From the NCBI GenBank assembly GCA_026023565.1, contig JAPETS010000019.1:310001-374000 (forward strand): 64,000 nucleotides of DNA. Reading direction: 5' to 3'. A model generated the notes under the pieces. The model had not been told where the DNA came from. It ran no database searches and was given only the letters and a program-made list of their open reading frames with translations. The first letter of the stretch is position 1, and the number at the start of each line of letters is the position of its first letter. Positions 63,751 to 64,000 of the stretch are shown here, one piece after another. The translations under genes were made by a program, and so were the position numbers. The DNA comes from Cirrosporium novae-zelandiae (lineage: Eukaryota).

Positions 63751-64000
63751 TCAACCGGTTATAGTGTTACTCCCATTCGTACTCAACATCTTCTTCGTAC
63801 TATAATCATCGTGATGTGGTTCGTTCTGATGATAATTTCCAGGCCTTGGCTGAGCCTCGGCATCCATAACATCCCAGTCGTCCCCTGGAACCAATGTTTG
63901 ATAATCGAGGAGATGGAGGAAGCCGTAGAAGCCGGCGGCGAGCATGGAGCCGAGACCAGGTCCTACCCAGTAGATCCAGTCGTAGTGGTTGAATTTATGA
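63751..64000 (-). CDS. Aquaporin (MIP family), 3' end only; gene runs off the window
   Basis: HKFNHYDWIYWVGPGLGSMLAAGFYGFLHLLDYQTLVPGDD matches the last helix and tail of fungal aquaporins. Confidence 0.8.
   Translation of the reverse strand, partial: HKFNHYDWIYWVGPGLGSMLAAGFYGFLHLLDYQTLVPGDDWDVMDAEAQPRPGNYHQNEPHHDDYSTKKMLSTNGSNTITG

Overview
Filamentous-ascomycete (Pezizomycotina, probably Eurotiomycete-like) genomic DNA with short spliceosomal introns. Two conserved housekeeping blocks (PAN2-SWF1-RAP1 at 18.5-27.5 kb; pseudouridine glycosidase/kinase fusion-OST1 at 47.3-51.9 kb) alternate with accessory, repeat-rich regions that show RIP-like C-to-T/G-to-A decay. Two divergently transcribed gene pairs are the most interesting elements. 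(1) At the window centre, an intact 6-exon truncated NACHT/STAND-like gene lacking the Walker A motif sits head-to-head with an intact 6-exon AAA+ ATPase, flanked by 5S rRNA pseudogenes and MITE-like repeats: a candidate pseudo-NLR/AAA+ immunity or cell-death module. (2) At the left edge, an AbiEii/MenT-like nucleotidyltransferase sits head-to-head with an intronless helical partner: a candidate fungal toxin-antitoxin pair. Also present: an intron-containing tRNA-Leu(UAA), a DUF6536-like membrane protein, a secreted GlcG/HbpS-like protein with a GC-AG intron, a kinase pseudogene, a TcuA/CobZ-like flavoprotein, a small gene bracketed by inverted ~12-bp minisatellites, a PTH11-like receptor paired with a secreted amidohydrolase, and the 3' end of an aquaporin. 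Family names come from motif recognition by eye; no database searches were run.
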